A DNA stretch of 64,000 nucleotides from an uncultured Acidobacteriota bacterium (GTDB taxonomy: Bacteria; Acidobacteriota; Terriglobia; UBA7540), in assembly GCA_963804995.1 (NCBI GenBank), contig CAWDSK010000002.1, positions 64,001 through 128,000 on the forward strand, in the 5' to 3' direction. Of this stretch, positions 40,988-51,219 are shown in pieces (position 1 is the first letter of the stretch; each line of letters starts with the position of its first letter). Made by a program: the position numbers and the translations under genes. The notes under the pieces are model-generated. The model had not been told where the DNA came from and searched no databases. It saw nothing but the letters and a program-made list of their open reading frames with translations.

Positions 40988-42445
40988 ATGCCAGACGTTT
41001 ATCGGAATTATGTGGCGGGTGAGTGGGTGGAGTGCAGATCGAAAAAAACCTTCCCGAATATCAATCCCGCCAACACTGGTGAAATCATTGGGCACTTCCA
41101 GGCTTCCGGCCCGGACGATGTTCAGGCGGCGTGTGAAGCCGCGGCAAAAGCACAGCCTGCGTGGGCCGCAGCGCCCGCACCCCGGCGGGGGGAATATCTC
41201 TTCAAGGCGGCGGAATTGCTGGAGAGCCGCCTCCAGAAGATCAGCGAAGAGATGACCCGCGAGGAAGGCAAAACCCTGCCCGAAGCCAAAGGCGAGGTAA
41301 AGCGCGCCATCAATATTCTGCGCTACTTCGGCGGCGAGGGCGCGCGCCAGTTCAGCTACCAGATTCCCTCTGAGCGCGAGAAAGTCTTTTGCTACACCCT
41401 GCGCAAGCCTCTGGGTGTGGTGGCCCTGATCACTCCCTGGAATTTTCCGAGCGCCATTCCCGCCTGGAAGATGGCGCCGGCGCTGGTGGCCGGGAACACG
41501 GTGGTCATCAAGCCCGCGTCGCTGGCGCCGCTAAGCGCCTATCGCATCGTCGAGGCGCTGGTCGAGGCGGGAATCCCGGCGGGTGTCCTGAATTACGTGA
41601 CCGGCGCAGGGGGCGCCGTCGGCAACACCCTGATTGAGCACCCCGCCATTCGCGCCGTTTCCTTCACGGGTTCGTGCGACGTGGGCAATGGGCTGTATGA
41701 AAAGGTCACGCGCCGCCGGGTGCGCGTGCAGCTTGAAATGGGCGGCAAGAACCCCACCATTGTCCTGAAGGATGCGGACTTGGATTACGCCGCGGATGTG
41801 CTGGTGAACGGCGCCTTCTTCTCCACCGGGCAAAAGTGCACCGCGTGCAGCCGCGCCATCATTGAAAAATCCATTTACGAGCCCTTGCTCGAAAAACTCA
41901 TCGCCAAGACGCGCAAGCTGAAGGTGGGCAACGGGCTCGAACCCGGCGTGGAGATTGGCCCCGCCGTGGATGCCGCCCAGCTCGAGACCGACCTGAAGTA
42001 CATCGAAATCGCGAAGAACGAGGGCGCCAAGCTGGTGGCGGGCGGCAAGCGGCTGACCGGCGGAATCTACGATCAGGGTTACTTCGTTGAGCCCACGCTC
42101 TTCACGGGTGTGACGCCCGGAATGCGCATCGCGCAGGAGGAAGTCTTTGGCCCCGTACTGGGCTTGATGGTGGCCGAGGATTTCGAGGATGCTATGCGCA
42201 TCGCCAACGGGGTGCGCTTCGGCCTTTCGGCCGCCATCGTCTCACGCGACCTCACACGCGTTCACGAGTTCATCAACCGGATCGAAGCCGGGCTCATCAC
42301 CGTCAACCTGCCGACCGCGGGCGTCGAGTACCAGCTTCCCTTCGGCGGCACCAAGGAGTCGAGTTTCGGCATGCGTGAACAGGGACCGGCGGCGCTCGAT
42401 TTCTATACCGAGACGCGCACGGTGTATATGAGGTATGCGCAGTAA
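40988..42445 (+). CDS. Aldehyde dehydrogenase (2,5-dioxopentanoate dehydrogenase-like)
   Basis: [40 protein letters not shown]. Confidence 0.92.
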   Translation: MPDVYRNYVAGEWVECRSKKTFPNINPANTGEIIGHFQASGPDDVQAACEAAAKAQPAWAAAPAPRRGEYLFKAAELLESRLQKISEEMTREEGKTLPEAKGEVKRAINILRYFGGEGARQFSYQIPSEREKVFCYTLRKPLGVVALITPWNFPSAIPAWKMAPALVAGNTVVIKPASLAPLSAYRIVEALVEAGIPAGVLNYVTGAGGAVGNTLIEHPAIRAVSFTGSCDVGNGLYEKVTRRRVRVQLEMGGKNPTIVLKDADLDYAADVLVNGAFFSTGQKCTACSRAIIEKSIYEPLLEKLIAKTRKLKVGNGLEPGVEIGPAVDAAQLETDLKYIEIAKNEGAKLVAGGKRLTGGIYDQGYFVEPTLFTGVTPGMRIAQEEVFGPVLGLMVAEDFEDAMRIANGVRFGLSAAIVSRDLTRVHEFINRIEAGLITVNLPTAGVEYQLPFGGTKESSFGMREQGPAALDFYTETRTVYMRYAQ

Positions 42446-42450
42446 GGAAT

Positions 42451-42536
42451 GGTCCGTTGTCAGTGGTCAGTGGTCCGTTGCAACCACGGGACGAAGCTGA
42501 GATCTAACAACGGACAACAGACTACGGACAACTGAC
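42451..42536. repeat. Inverted 7-bp arrays (GTCCGTT / AACGGAC)
   Basis: gtccgtt gtcagtg gtcagtg gtccgtt ... aacggac aacagac tacggac aactgac. Confidence 0.75.
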
Positions 42537-42558
42537 GTTCTTCAATCAGGAGCCACTT

Positions 42559-43492
42559 ATGAAAAAGACTCAGCAATTCCTTGCCAAACTCAAACTGCCC
42601 GCGGAAGACAATCATGCTTTGAAGCCCAGTTCCAAACGCTTCAAGGATGGCGGGCAGTATCGCCTGGAAATCCCCAGCGTCGAAGGGCCGCGCGTATTCC
42701 ACGAAGTTCTGGAATCAGCCAAGGCTCACAAGGTGCCGATTCATCGCGTCAGCCAGGGCAGCGGGGTGATGCTGCTGACGCGCAACGAGATTCGCGAAAT
42801 GGCGCGAATGGGGCACGAGGAAGGCATTGAGGTGTGTCTCTTTGTGGGCCCGCGCGCCACGTTTGAGACGGGTGCGCAAACAGCCTCCTCCGCCGGCAAA
42901 GTCATCGGCCTCCAGCATCGCGGCGCGGACCAACTGGTCTACGCCATCGAGGACGTGCGGCACGCCTGCGATCTGGGCATCCGCAGCATTCTCCCTGCCG
43001 ACCTGGGACTCATCTGGGTGCTCGAACCAGATGAAGCAGAAAGGCGAATTGCCGAAGAACCTTGTCATCAAGAGCTCTGTCACGCTGCCCGCCGCCAATC
43101 CCGCCACCGCCAAGATCTTCGAGCAGTGCGGCGTCATGACTATGAATATTCCCACCGATCTAAGCCCGGCGCAGATGGGCGCCATCCGCCAGGCGGTGGA
43201 TATCTGTATCGATATCTACATCGAGGTGCCCGACAACTTCGGCGGGTTCATTCGCTACTACGAGATGCCCAAGATCATCCAGGTGGCCGCGCCGGTCTAC
43301 TTCAAATTCGGGCTGCGCAACGCCCCGGACATCTATCCCTGCGGACGCCACATCGAGGACCTGGCCGTCAACATGGCCCGCGAGCGCCTGCACCGGGCAC
43401 GCATCGCGCTGGACCTGCTCGAGGAATACGCCCCGGATTTGAAGATGTCGCCGCTGGGTTCAAAAGATTTGGGCATCCCCGAATTGGTTTGA
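42559..43492 (+). CDS. U32-peptidase-like TIM-barrel protein, frameshifted near 43023
   Basis: YRLEIPSVEGP, HRVSQGSG, ADLGLIWV in one frame; NQMKQKGELP...DIYIEVPDNFGGFIRYYE...KFGLRNAP in the other. Confidence 0.65.
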
Positions 43493-43499
43493 GTTTGAT

Positions 43500-43595
43500 G
43501 TAGAGGCGGCGGAATTCATCCCGATCTGATCGGGACGGCGCCCGGGTGTAGAGGCGGCTTTACGCCGCCATATGGCGAGGTAAACTCGCCGCTAC
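43500..43595. repeat. GTAG-type REP cluster with TCCCGATCTGATCGGGA insert
   Basis: GTAGAGGCGGC twice; GTAGAGGCGGCTTTACGCCGCCA-TA-TGGCGAGGTAAACTCGCCGCTAC. Confidence 0.75.
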
Positions 43596-43630
43596 ATCAT
43601 CAAAGTGAGGCACTACGGATTCCCAGCGTC

Positions 43631-43652
43631 GCACCTAAAAAGGTGCTAGGAT
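43631..43652 (+). promoter_or_regulatory. Putative TA operator palindrome abutting -10 box
   Basis: GCACCT-AAAA-AGGTGC then TAGGAT, 6 nt before ATG. Confidence 0.6.
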
Positions 43653-43658
43653 AACCCC

Positions 43659-43955
43659 ATGGCTATGCTCAACATCACGCGGGATATCCAATCGCTCACG
43701 ACTTTTCGCCGCCGTTCCGGCGACTTTCTAAAGCAGCTCAAGAAGAGCAAGCGCCCGGTGGTACTCACGGTCAAAGGCCGGGCGGCGGCCGTCGTGCAGG
43801 ACGCCGAAGCCTATCAGCGTCTGCTTGACCTTGCCGCGCGCGCCGATGCCAAGGAAGGGATCCGGCAGGGCCTCGAGGACGCGAAGAAGGGAAGAATGCG
43901 GCCCGTGGGAGAGTTTTTTGACGAGTTTGAAGCCGCCCATGGCCTACGTCGTTAA
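43659..43955 (+). CDS. Phd/YefM family antitoxin
   Basis: IQSLTTFRR...RPVVLTVKGRAAAVVQDAEAYQ. Confidence 0.88.
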   Translation: MAMLNITRDIQSLTTFRRRSGDFLKQLKKSKRPVVLTVKGRAAAVVQDAEAYQRLLDLAARADAKEGIRQGLEDAKKGRMRPVGEFFDEFEAAHGLRR

Positions 43956-44241
43956 CATCACTGCCCGTGCAGAACGCGACCTAATCCAACTCTATGCGGA
44001 CCTCAATGCCGGGAATTCCGAAGCTGCCCTCGCTTGGTACCGCGGTCTCAAGGAAGCCATCCTAAGCCTTAAGGAACAACCCCACCGCTGTCCGGTAACA
44101 CCAGAGAATGTCAAGTTCAGGCACTTGCTGTACGGCCACAAACCTCACATCTATCGCGTGATCTATCAGGTTTTGAAGAGGCAGCAGAGGGTTGAAATTC
44201 TTCACATCCGCCATGGCGCAAGGCAGAGTTTGAATTCATAA
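43939..44241 (+). CDS. RelE/ParE family toxin
   Basis: MAYVVNITARAERDL...P.RCP...YRVIY...VEILHIRHGAR; overlaps antitoxin end. Confidence 0.88.
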   Translation: MAYVVNITARAERDLIQLYADLNAGNSEAALAWYRGLKEAILSLKEQPHRCPVTPENVKFRHLLYGHKPHIYRVIYQVLKRQQRVEILHIRHGARQSLNS

Positions 44242-44276
44242 TTTGCAAATTGTTCCGACGCCCCGCGCCTGTAAGT

Positions 44277-44437
44277 AACCCCTCATCCGGCCTCCTACGT
44301 CAGCCACCTTCTTCCGCCACGGCGGATCTGCGACCCCTGGGAGAAGGCTGGGATTCATGCTGCCTAGCCCTCTCCGAGGGGAGAGGGTGGACCGCAGCCG
44401 GCGTTCTCATCAGCCGGGGCGGGACGGGTGAGGGGTC
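44277..44437. repeat. CCCCTCA...CCCTCTCC/GGAGAGGG...TGAGGGG palindromic element related to the MITE interior
   Basis: Shares ggagagggtgg, ggcgttctcatcagccg and gacgggtgagggg with 29785-29843 but lacks the TIRs. Confidence 0.7.
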
Positions 44438-44546
44438 ACGTAGGCGTTTGAAAATTCCAGGAATTCAAAAACTATCAGGTCGGCGCTACGACATCGACCC
44501 TGACAAGTAAATGTGCCCCGATTTGCGACGTACTACACTAGTTTCC

Positions 44547-46259
44547 CTACCAGAAAATCCACTGCAGCAGGGCGAAAATGGCGAAGGAAATTGCCGCCCA
44601 AAAGATGGGGCGTTTGAGCAGCGGCAGGTGGCCTTCACTGGGGATTGCGGTGCAACCGTAAACCAGACCGGTCAACTCTTCCGCAGATTTCGGGCGCGTC
44701 ACGAGGCTCAAGGCCACGGTAACGATCAAAGCGACGAGGCCTGACCAGAGTTCCCGGTACATGTTTTCGGCCATGGGCTTGGCGTGAACCGAAAGGGCAA
44801 TCCAGGCGAGCTTGGAGGGATCCAGCTTGACCAGCAACCACATGCCCAGCGAGGAAAGCGTTCCCACCAGCAACCCCCAAAAGCCCCCGGCAGGCGTGGC
44901 GCGTTTCCACATCATCCCCAGAAAGACGGTAGAGAAAAACGGCGTGATAAAAAAGCTGAAGACGGCCTGCGCGTAATCCATGATGCTGGCGAACTGCATC
45001 ACCAGATACGCGGTACCGATGCTGATGATCACTCCCAGGATGGTGCACCAGCGCCCCATCAGCACGTAGTGGGCGTCGGACGCGGTCTTGCGGAGGAAAG
45101 GCCGGTAGAGATCGTACGTCCAAACCGTCGCGAAGGCGCTCACGTTGCCCGCCATGCCTGACATGAACCCGGCGATGAGCGCGGTAATCCCGAGCCCCAG
45201 CAAGCCCGGTCCACAATAGCGCGCCAGCATCAACGGCAGCACTTCGTTGTAAGTGTGTTGCCCGGGCCCGGCGGCGCTTTCCGGCAGGAGTTTGAAGGGC
45301 AAAAGGCCGAGCCCCAGCAGCCCGGGCAGGACCACGATGAGCGGCACGGCCATCTTGAAATAGGAAGCAATGACCGGCGCGAGCTTCGCGGCGCGGAGGT
45401 TTTTGGCGGCCAGCGCCCGCTGCACCACCAGGAAATCGGTGGTCCAATAGCCCAGCGACCCCATCAATAATCCAAAGGCGATGCCCGTCCAGTGGATGCC
45501 CATGGGGTTATCCGTAAAATGGGCCATGGGCCGCCACAAGTGGGTGTAGTCGCCTTCGGGAAAGTTGCGATGAATGCGCGCGACCAGGCCCGACCAGCCC
45601 CCCGCCTCCACCATGCCGAGAATCGGAATCATCAGCGCGCCCAGCCAAATCAGGAAGAACTGCAAAACCTCATTGAAGATTGCTGAAGTCAGCCCTCCCA
45701 AGGCGACGTAGATGGCTACCGTCAGCGACGAAATCCAAATGCTCAGGTGAATGTCCCAACCCAGCATTACTTTCATGACGACGGCCATGGCGTACATATT
45801 GATACCGGACATCAGGATGGTCAGGGCGACAAAAGACAACGCTCCAACCAGGCGGGTCGGTTCGCCGAAGCGGAGTTGCAGGTAGCCGGGCACCGAATGG
45901 GTCTTGCAGATGTAATAGAAGGGCATCATCACGACGCCCAGAAAAAGCATGGCGGGAATCGCCCCAAACCAATAATAATGCGCCGCCAGAATTCCGTACT
46001 GGTACGCCGACGCCGCCCATCCCATTAACTCGAGCGCCCCCAGATTGGCGCAAATGAAGCTGAGCCCCGCCACCCAGGCGGTCATATCGCGCCCCGCCAT
46101 GAAGAAATCTTCACCGCTCCTGGTGTAGCGCTTCAAGTAGAAGCCGATGGCGAGCACCACCACGAAATAAATGGCAATGATGAGGAAATCCACGGGGTGC
46201 GTGGAGAGGATCGCCGGCGAGCCGGCCAGAAGCAGGGCAATGGGGAAGCAAGTGGTCAT
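44547..46259 (-). CDS. Sodium:solute symporter (paralog 2)
   Basis: EDFFMAGRDM, LGGLTSAIFNEVLQ, YWTTDFLVVQR. Confidence 0.92.
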   Translation of the reverse strand: MTTCFPIALLLAGSPAILSTHPVDFLIIAIYFVVVLAIGFYLKRYTRSGEDFFMAGRDMTAWVAGLSFICANLGALELMGWAASAYQYGILAAHYYWFGAIPAMLFLGVVMMPFYYICKTHSVPGYLQLRFGEPTRLVGALSFVALTILMSGINMYAMAVVMKVMLGWDIHLSIWISSLTVAIYVALGGLTSAIFNEVLQFFLIWLGALMIPILGMVEAGGWSGLVARIHRNFPEGDYTHLWRPMAHFTDNPMGIHWTGIAFGLLMGSLGYWTTDFLVVQRALAAKNLRAAKLAPVIASYFKMAVPLIVVLPGLLGLGLLPFKLLPESAAGPGQHTYNEVLPLMLARYCGPGLLGLGITALIAGFMSGMAGNVSAFATVWTYDLYRPFLRKTASDAHYVLMGRWCTILGVIISIGTAYLVMQFASIMDYAQAVFSFFITPFFSTVFLGMMWKRATPAGGFWGLLVGTLSSLGMWLLVKLDPSKLAWIALSVHAKPMAENMYRELWSGLVALIVTVALSLVTRPKSAEELTGLVYGCTAIPSEGHLPLLKRPIFWAAISFAIFALLQWIFW

Positions 46260-46352
46260 GCGGCGTTTTCCGCGGCAGATCGAAAGGTGAAGCTAAATGT
46301 TTCGAACCAGCCGTTGTTACCCTGTGCAACCACCCCCACCCTCGGCCAGCCC

Positions 46353-46565
46353 TTAAGACTTCTTCGGCAGGTAAAGGTAAACATAAATGCCGCCGATGAC
46401 GGTAAGCAGCGCTCCCCACCACACGGCCGGATGCGTGCTGGCGAGCACCGTGGGAGGGGGGCTGGAGAACTCGTAGATGCCGGTACCGAAAATGATTAAC
46501 CCGTAAATCAGCAGAATGACGCCCACGAAAAACCAGACGGGAATCATGTGGTGATCTTCAGCCAT
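46353..46565 (-). CDS. Small two-TM membrane protein
   Basis: GAGG RBS; two hydrophobic segments; between the SSS genes. Confidence 0.75.
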   Translation of the reverse strand: MAEDHHMIPVWFFVGVILLIYGLIIFGTGIYEFSSPPPTVLASTHPAVWWGALLTVIGGIYVYLYLPKKS

Positions 46566-46620
46566 AAACTTAGACCTCGCGGTTCAAGCAACCAGCTCAA
46601 AGTGGCCAATAATCGTAGCG

Positions 46621-48533
46621 GTTGCGGTAGGGATACCGGTTACCCGGTACCCCCCGCACGGATCCGTACGTGCGCTGGTTAGCGCATACGGCTCTTATCT
46701 CGGATGTGTGGCGGCGAACCGTTGGGATGGCCAAGGATGCACAACGTGCGGAGCAGGCAACCAGCAGGCCGCAAGCTTCCCCAGTCGGTCCCAGTTGAGG
46801 CGGTGGCGTTGACTGCGTTGACGCAGTTGTGTTCGCCACAGTCGGGTCAACCGTTCCCGAAAGATTCGCAGGCGGTTGAGGTTTCCCGGTACCGCGTGAT
46901 AGTTGAAGTAGCCTTGCACGACCGACCGGAGCCATTTACCCGTATCCGCGATGGGATCGTGCCGACGCTGCCGGAGTTGTTGCTTGAGTTCCTGCAACTT
47001 CCCCCGCAGGCGCTTGCTGATCGTCTTCCGCTTCACGGTAAATTGCCCCCTCCGGTTCTTCCCGCTGATATGCGTGAAGCCCAGAAAGTCGAACGTCTCC
47101 GGCTTACCTTCTCCTCTCCGTTTCCGGTAAAGTTCGGCAAACGGCCCGAACTCGATCCGGCGCGTTTTGTCAGGATGCAGTTCCAATCCAAACTTCCCCA
47201 CCCGCTCCCGGAAATCCTCCAGAAAGCGGTCGGCTTCCGTCTGCGATTGGAATCCAAGGACCGTATCGTCGGCATACCGCACCACGACCACGTCTCCCCG
47301 GGCGTGCTTCTTGCGCCACGCCTGCACCCACAGGTCAAAGACGTAGTGCAGATAGATATTCGCCAGCAGGGGCGAGACCACCGCCCCTTGTGGCGTACCC
47401 ATCTCCGTCTCCGACCATTCGCCTTCCTCCCTCACCCCGGCTTTCAGCCATTTCTGGATGAGCCGGAGAATCCGGGGGTCGGCGACGCGATGCTGCACGA
47501 ACTTGAGCATCCATTCGTGGGATATCGAATCGAAAAATCCACGAATGTCCGCGTCAAGAACGTAGTTCACGTGCTTCACCGTGAGCGCGTACGAGAGCGC
47601 GTCCAGCGCTTGATGCTGGCTGCATCCCGGTCGAAAGCCATACGAGAAGCCCAGAAAGTCTTCCTCGTAAATCGCATTGAGGATGGTGACCACGGCCTGT
47701 TGGACGATCTTGTCCTCCAGTGCCGCAACCCCCAACGGACGTTGCCGCCCGTCGCCTTTCGGGATATACGCCCTTCGCGAGGGCTTCGCTCGGAATGCTC
47801 CGCGGTGGACCCGGCTGTGCAGATCGACGAGTCGACCTTCCAGCCCGCTTTCATACTCCTGCCACGTCATGCCGTCTACTCCCGGTGCAGCTTTTCGCTT
47901 CAAGGCGTAAAAGCTTTCCCGCAGCAGATCGACCGTTAAGTGGTGGAGCAAGGCCGTGAACTTCATCTCCCTGTGTTCCTTCGCGGCTTTCCGCACACCC
48001 GCGAGTCCCTGGGACACGCGTGCCCCGCTCTGTGTCGGGTGCGTGTTAGGCCAACGGGTGTTCTCCTTGATCAGCGGCCTTCCCTCCTCATTCTCCGCCA
48101 ACGGCTTCCCGTCTTTGTTCAAATGATTCATCGGTACTGTTCCGCTGTCCGACTCCTCGAAAGCGTGCAGGCGGGCTGTACGGCCATCGCCTTTTCCCGC
48201 CGTCCGGCCACGATCTACGGCGGCCGGCGCCTCCGAGGTCTCCCGGTTCTCGTGCAGAAAGTGTCTAGGCGTGTCTGGGGTCTACGACTACGCAGGACTG
48301 TGCCGGAACTCGCGTTGGCGTCCCGGCCTCATGTTGCCTTCCGTTTAGTCTGAAAACGTCGGCGTCCTGATTGGACATTTTCGAAGCTCAATACCCAGCC
48401 CACCTATTCCCCTGTTTACGCTTCACCGTGCGCCTCACGACGCCCAGCGCAAAACTCGGGGCCGAGTGGATCGCTGCTCCTTCCTCGTGAGAAATTTTCA
48501 TTCTCTGCTTTCTGCCGGTTTATCCCGGCGCAC
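46621..48533 (-). mobile_element. Complete group II intron (1913 nt), probably bacterial class E
   Basis: 5' GTGCG at 48533; domain V GAGCCGTATGCG...CGTACGGATC; domain VI ending CCCTACCGCAAC at 46621; EBS1 CAGACT 48352-48347. Class is inferred from IEP/RNA style. Confidence 0.93.
46695..48131 (-). CDS. ltrA: Group II intron reverse transcriptase/maturase, no HNH domain
   Basis: APGVDG, RPLG, FSYGFRPG, GTPQGAVVSPLLANIYL, RYADD, FDFLGF, GYFNYH. Confidence 0.95.
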   Translation of the reverse strand: MNHLNKDGKPLAENEEGRPLIKENTRWPNTHPTQSGARVSQGLAGVRKAAKEHREMKFTALLHHLTVDLLRESFYALKRKAAPGVDGMTWQEYESGLEGRLVDLHSRVHRGAFRAKPSRRAYIPKGDGRQRPLGVAALEDKIVQQAVVTILNAIYEEDFLGFSYGFRPGCSQHQALDALSYALTVKHVNYVLDADIRGFFDSISHEWMLKFVQHRVADPRILRLIQKWLKAGVREEGEWSETEMGTPQGAVVSPLLANIYLHYVFDLWVQAWRKKHARGDVVVVRYADDTVLGFQSQTEADRFLEDFRERVGKFGLELHPDKTRRIEFGPFAELYRKRRGEGKPETFDFLGFTHISGKNRRGQFTVKRKTISKRLRGKLQELKQQLRQRRHDPIADTGKWLRSVVQGYFNYHAVPGNLNRLRIFRERLTRLWRTQLRQRSQRHRLNWDRLGKLAACWLPAPHVVHPWPSQRFAATHPR

Positions 48534-48666
48534 CAGACCTCCGCTTTTGAGGTCTGCGGTTCTTCCTTAGTTTCACACTACCAAATCCACCGGCAGCCCC
48601 CCGTCGTTGAGAGCTGGGTCTTTCGTACGAAGAGCCGCGGACCTCAAAAGCGGAGGTCCGCGCTAC
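48534..48666. repeat. GTAG-type REP doublet whose left arm is split by the intron
   Basis: GTAGCG (46615-46620) + CAGACCTCCGCTTTTGAGGTCTGCGGTTCTTC; right arm GAAGAGCCGCGGACCTCAAAAGCGGAGGTCCGCGCTAC. Confidence 0.88.
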
Positions 48667-48671
48667 GCTCG

Positions 48672-50402
48672 CTACCAAAAGATCCACTGCAAGATCACGA
48701 ACAGCCCGGCGGAAATCGCGGCCCAGAAGATCGGCCGTTTCCACAGGGGCAAATGTCCCTCGCCAGGCAGTTCCGTGCAACCGTAGACCAAGTTCGTCAA
48801 CTCTTCCACGGGCTTGGGCTTCGTAAGGTAGCTGACCACCACCGTGACGATGACGCAAATCAGCCACGACCACAAGGCGCGATACATATTCTCCGCCATG
48901 TCCTTGGCATCTGGCGAAAGGGCTATGACGGCAAGCATGCGGTGATTGAATTTCACCATCAGGAACATGGCAATGGAGGAAACGCTGCCGGCAAGCAGTC
49001 CCCAGAATCCACCCGCGCTGGTGGTGCGCTTCCACAACATGCCGAGCAGCACGGTGCCAAACAGCGGCGCAATGAAAAAGCTGAAGAGCGCCTGGACGTA
49101 ATCCATGATGCTGCCGAACTGCATGACGAGGTAGGCGGTGCCGATGGAGACGACGACGCCCAAAATCGTGCACCAGCGCCCCATGCTGACGTAATGGCCG
49201 TCCGAAGCCTGCTTGCGGATGAAGGGACGGTAAAGGTCGTAAGTCCAGACCGTGGCAAAGGCGCTGACATTGCCCGCCATGCCCGACATGAATCCGGCGA
49301 TGAGCGCAGTGATGCCCAACCCCAGCAGGCCAGGGCCGCAATAACGCGCCAGCATCAGCGGCAGGACCTCGTTGTAGCTATGCTGCCCGGCGGTGACCGC
49401 GCTCTCCGGAAAGAGCTTGAAGGGCAACAGGCCAAGACCAAGCAAGCCCGGCAGGATAACGATGAAGGGCACAGCCATCTTGAAGTACGAACCAATGATG
49501 GGCGCCATCTTGGCGGCGCGAATATCCTTGGCGGCAAAGATGCGTTGCACGACGAGAAAATCGGTATTCCAGTAGCCGAAGGAAATCACCCAGCCGAGGC
49601 CTAACACGATGCCGGTCCAGTGGATGCCCATGGGATTGTCGGCAAAGTGGCCCATGTTCCGCCACAGGTGAGTGTAATCTCCTTGCGGAAGATTCTGGTG
49701 GATGCGCGCGACGAGGCCGGACCAGCCGCCCGTCTCGACCAAGCCCAGAATGGGAATCAGCAGCGCGCCCAGCCAGATGAGGAAGAACTGCAGGACCTCA
49801 TTGAAGATCGCGGAGAAGAGGCCGCCCAGGGCGACGTAAATCCCCACCGTGAGAGAAGATACCCAGATGCTGAAATGAATGTTCCAGCCCAGCACAACCT
49901 TCATCACCAAGGCCATTGCATACATATTAATGCCGGACATCAAAACAGTCATGAAGGCGAAGGAAATGGCGCTGAGCGCGCGCGTGGATTCACCATAGCG
50001 GAGCTGGAGATAACCCGGAACGGAATGGGTTTTGGAGATGTAGTAGAACGGCATCATGACCAGGCCCAGGAACAGAATGGCTGGGATCGCGCCCACCCAA
50101 TACCAATGGGTCGCCAGAATGCCGTACTGGTAGGAGGCGGCCGCCCAGCCCATCAGCTCCAGGGCGCCGAGGTTCGCGGAGATGAAACTCAGGCCCGCCA
50201 CCCAGGCGGTCATTTCGCGGCCCGCCAGGAAAAAGTCCTCACCACTTTTGGTGTAGCGCTTCAGGTAGAAGCCAATCCCCAACACCATCAGGAAGTAGAT
50301 GGCGACGATGGCCATGTCCACCGGATTCAGGAGAATAAGTCGCGGGCCGGCCGGGGCGGCGAACCAGAACAGGGCCAAGGGAATCGAAATAGGCAAGTTC
50401 AT
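48672..50402 (-). CDS. Sodium:solute symporter (paralog 1)
   Basis: EDFFLAGREM, YWNTDFLVVQR; highly similar to 44547..46259. Confidence 0.92.
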   Translation of the reverse strand: MNLPISIPLALFWFAAPAGPRLILLNPVDMAIVAIYFLMVLGIGFYLKRYTKSGEDFFLAGREMTAWVAGLSFISANLGALELMGWAAASYQYGILATHWYWVGAIPAILFLGLVMMPFYYISKTHSVPGYLQLRYGESTRALSAISFAFMTVLMSGINMYAMALVMKVVLGWNIHFSIWVSSLTVGIYVALGGLFSAIFNEVLQFFLIWLGALLIPILGLVETGGWSGLVARIHQNLPQGDYTHLWRNMGHFADNPMGIHWTGIVLGLGWVISFGYWNTDFLVVQRIFAAKDIRAAKMAPIIGSYFKMAVPFIVILPGLLGLGLLPFKLFPESAVTAGQHSYNEVLPLMLARYCGPGLLGLGITALIAGFMSGMAGNVSAFATVWTYDLYRPFIRKQASDGHYVSMGRWCTILGVVVSIGTAYLVMQFGSIMDYVQALFSFFIAPLFGTVLLGMLWKRTTSAGGFWGLLAGSVSSIAMFLMVKFNHRMLAVIALSPDAKDMAENMYRALWSWLICVIVTVVVSYLTKPKPVEELTNLVYGCTELPGEGHLPLWKRPIFWAAISAGLFVILQWIFW

Positions 50403-50532
50403 GATGGGGCCTTAAGAGCGCAGGGCTGCCTTCCTGTGACCTGTCCGGCAACCAGACTCCAGCGCCGCGGCTGGTGCAATCGCTAAACGCTTCGCGTGCG
50501 GGGCGGCGAATTTCTTACCCGCAACCTCCGCA

Positions 50533-51195
50533 CTAACGCTTCTTCCCTGGCTGGCCGTAAGTCGTGTGGTAGCGATTCCACCACTTCTCCACTTCCTGGG
50601 GCGGCAAGGCCGTGGGTTTGCCGAGCAGCAGGGCCAGGTGAACGGTCTTGGCTATGTCTTCGAGCATCACGGCGGCCTTGAGCGCGGCGCGGGGCGTCGG
50701 TCCCCAGGTGAAAGCGCCGTGCTGGCCCAGGAGAATCGCGGGCGCGCGTTTCCTGTACTGCACGATCGCCTGGCCGATATGGTCGGCTTGGTTATCGACG
50801 TACGGCGCGCAAGGAATCTCCTCGCCAAACTCGTCGGCGATTGCTGTCAGATACGCAGGGATCGACTTGCCCAGCAGCGCCAGGCTGGTGGCGTAATTCG
50901 AATGTGTGTGGATGACTCCGCCCACCTCCGGGCAGTGCTGGTAGATGTAAAGGTGATCGGGCAGGTCCACGGAGGGATTCCACTTGCCGCGGATTTTGCG
51001 GCCCGCGAGGTCCGTCACCACCATGTCGGCCGGGCGCATGCGGTCGTAATCCATGCCACTTGGTTTGATCAGCACGAGGCCGCGTTTCCGGTCGATGCCG
51101 CTGGCGTTGCCGCTATGCATGGTGACCAGGCCCCCGCGCCAAATGCCGAGGTTGGCGTGCCAGACTTCGCGCCGGAGTTGTACGAGGGTCAGCAT
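50533..51195 (-). CDS. araD: L-ribulose-5-phosphate 4-epimerase / class II aldolase family
   Basis: SGNAS, IKPSG, PSVD, HTHSNYAT, TAIADEFG, HGAFTWG. Confidence 0.8.
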   Translation of the reverse strand: MLTLVQLRREVWHANLGIWRGGLVTMHSGNASGIDRKRGLVLIKPSGMDYDRMRPADMVVTDLAGRKIRGKWNPSVDLPDHLYIYQHCPEVGGVIHTHSNYATSLALLGKSIPAYLTAIADEFGEEIPCAPYVDNQADHIGQAIVQYRKRAPAILLGQHGAFTWGPTPRAALKAAVMLEDIAKTVHLALLLGKPTALPPQEVEKWWNRYHTTYGQPGKKR

Positions 51196-51219
51196 GGAAG
51201 AAAGCTCTCAGCGATCAGC

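Noticed and set aside
43010..43035. Programmed frameshift in the U32-like gene
   Set aside because: No slippery sequence; one of four similar indels, so probably sequencing error
43659..44241. TA pair as part of a defence island or prophage
   Set aside because: No other defence, integrase or phage genes nearby
46695..48131. RT as retron, DGR or defence RT
   Set aside because: Embedded in a complete group II intron with maturase domain; no TR/VR pair or msr-msd seen
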